Assembly (NCBI RefSeq): GCF_003918875.1
Contig: NW_025767293.1
Coordinates: forward strand, 434,001 to 498,000
Reading direction: 5' to 3'
Length of the DNA: 64,000 nucleotides
Source: Haliotis rubra
Taxonomy: Eukaryota
The position numbers were made by a program, and so were the translations under genes. Position 1 is the first letter of the stretch, and each line of letters begins with the position of its first letter. Below, piece by piece: positions 62,901 through 64,000 of this stretch. A model generated the notes under the pieces. That model was not told the origin of the DNA and did no database searches. It was given only the letters and a program-made list of their open reading frames with translations.

Positions 62901-63470
62901 GTAATGGGTGATAGCACTAGCTGTGTGGAGTAATGGGTGACAGCACTAGCTGTGTGGAGTAATGGATGGTAGCACTAGCTGTGTGGAGTAATGGGTGATA
63001 GCACTAGCTGTGTGGAGTAATGGGTGATAGCACTAGCTGTGTGGAGTAATGGGTGATAGCACTAGCTGTGTTGAGCAATGGGTGGAGTAATGGGTGATAG
63101 CACTAGCTGTGTGGAGTAATGGGTGATAGCACCAGCTGTGTGGAATAATGGGTGATAGCACTAGCTGTGTGGACTAATGGTTGACAGCACCAGCTGTTTG
63201 GAGTAATGGGTGATAACACAAGCTGTGTAGGGTAACCTGTGATAGCACTAGCTGTGTGGGATAATGGGTGATAGCACTAGCTGAGAGGGGCTATTGGCGA
63301 TTGCAGTTTTACTGGAGTTGCTGTTTCCAGCCTACAGATGTGTGATTCAGATATGTTACATCATATTCATGTTTGTATAGGTGCTTTCTCAACCAACCCA
63401 TTTGCTCCACGTGCCACCCTGAAATCTGATGTCGTATCTACTGGGTCAGCACACCCTCACCCACATGAAG
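53942..63470 (+). CDS. Unidentified gene, first five coding exons (53942-53960, 57635-57684, 59372-59408, 60475-60546, 63381-63470); disordered N-terminus, possibly RanBP3-like; continues past window end
   Basis: AAGATGGCG start in a CpG-containing region; phase-compatible GT-AG micro-exons give MADSVADSTKSEDSENNTESTERVSTSTEGPAGAADPPHRNGASVIQPSKLGGFRPGFSGAFSTNPFAPRATLKSDVVSTGSAHPHPHE; no folded domain in window so identity is weak. Confidence 0.6.
55049..55372 (+). mobile_element. SINE family A containing a second, inverted family A copy (55100-55251)
   Basis: Outer TSD ACTTTATGAATT; inner TSD TCAGGCGGAAGA (55088-55099, 55252-55263). Confidence 0.9.
55571..55740 (+). mobile_element. SINE family A, full length
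   Basis: A/B boxes, (CAGT)n tail, 14-bp TSD TCCATGAAATGATA. Confidence 0.92.
58040..58297 (+). mobile_element. SINE-like family B
   Basis: Near full length, ACTACTTGTAC repeated on both sides. Confidence 0.88.
61760..63285. repeat. Intronic minisatellite, 29-bp unit AGCTGTGTGGAGTAATGGGTGATAGCACT, roughly 50 copies
   Basis: Direct reading; homogeneous centre, degenerate edges, no unique spacers. Confidence 0.97.
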
Positions 63471-64000
63471 GTACAGGTTGGTTGTCTCCCTTTGTTACCC
63501 CTTCCTTGGCTGCCATTGTTACCAAGCTGCTGCTGGCTGTAGAGGTGGTTTTGCGCTGATTGTTGCTCCTGTAGAGACCTGCCTACCCCTGTACAGGGTT
63601 CAATAATTACGCTGGCTCATGAAGCAAATGCCATAATCACTGATTTAGAATATTTATTAAATATTCAGAGTAGTTTGATTGTCTAGTGGAAGTTCTTGTC
63701 ATCTCCAGAAGCTAATACTAGGCACTAACTTTACACAAAATACATCCATACTTTAAATGTTATAATTTTGATGTAACATAGTGTATTTTTGTATTTTACA
63801 CTCACTTTGACATGAAACACAAGCGCTTTGGAATAAAAAAATTAAAAAATAACCCTTGTTCTGTGAAAGGCATTTAGCTTTCATCCAGCCTACCACGAGT
63901 TATCTCGTCACAATATGGCTGAATACCTTGAGAATTCTGAGGACTACCTGTTCCTGTACCGTCATCTGTGTACACATTTATGCCAAACATGTGAAGTTAA

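Noticed and set aside
61760-63285. CRISPR-like array (29-bp repeat)
   Set aside because: Units are head-to-tail with no unique spacers, eukaryotic context, no cas genes

Overview
Eukaryotic (invertebrate, probably gastropod mollusc; inferred from the SINE families and gene set, not verified), AT-rich, intron- and repeat-rich genomic DNA with one assembly gap (51617-51769). Genes: (1) the 5' nine coding exons of IFT172 on the minus strand (26-12553), head-to-head with (2) a 4-exon MARVEL-domain membrane protein gene (13051-15404); (3,4) two clearly paralogous two-coding-exon coiled-coil protein genes (24347-26936 and 39538-41921, the second with a 1-nt homopolymer frameshift) flanking (5) a solitary intronless protamine-like/H1-tail gene (34978-35412) that has an H1-type promoter and a canonical histone 3' stem-loop but no globular domain; (6) an intronless GPKOW (49052-50715, two homopolymer frameshifts); (7) the first five small exons of an unidentified gene (53942-63470, possibly RanBP3-like). 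Mobile DNA: a DIRS1-type tyrosine-recombinase retrotransposon with both termini and ICR but degenerate ORFs in IFT172 intron 6, two abundant SINE-like families sharing one 3' tail, a composite SINE with an L2-like tail, LINE and Penelope-like relics, several MITE families and a 29-bp minisatellite. Most interesting: the globular-domain-less H1-derived gene with its coiled-coil neighbours, and the pseudoknot-capable 5' head of the non-tRNA SINE family.
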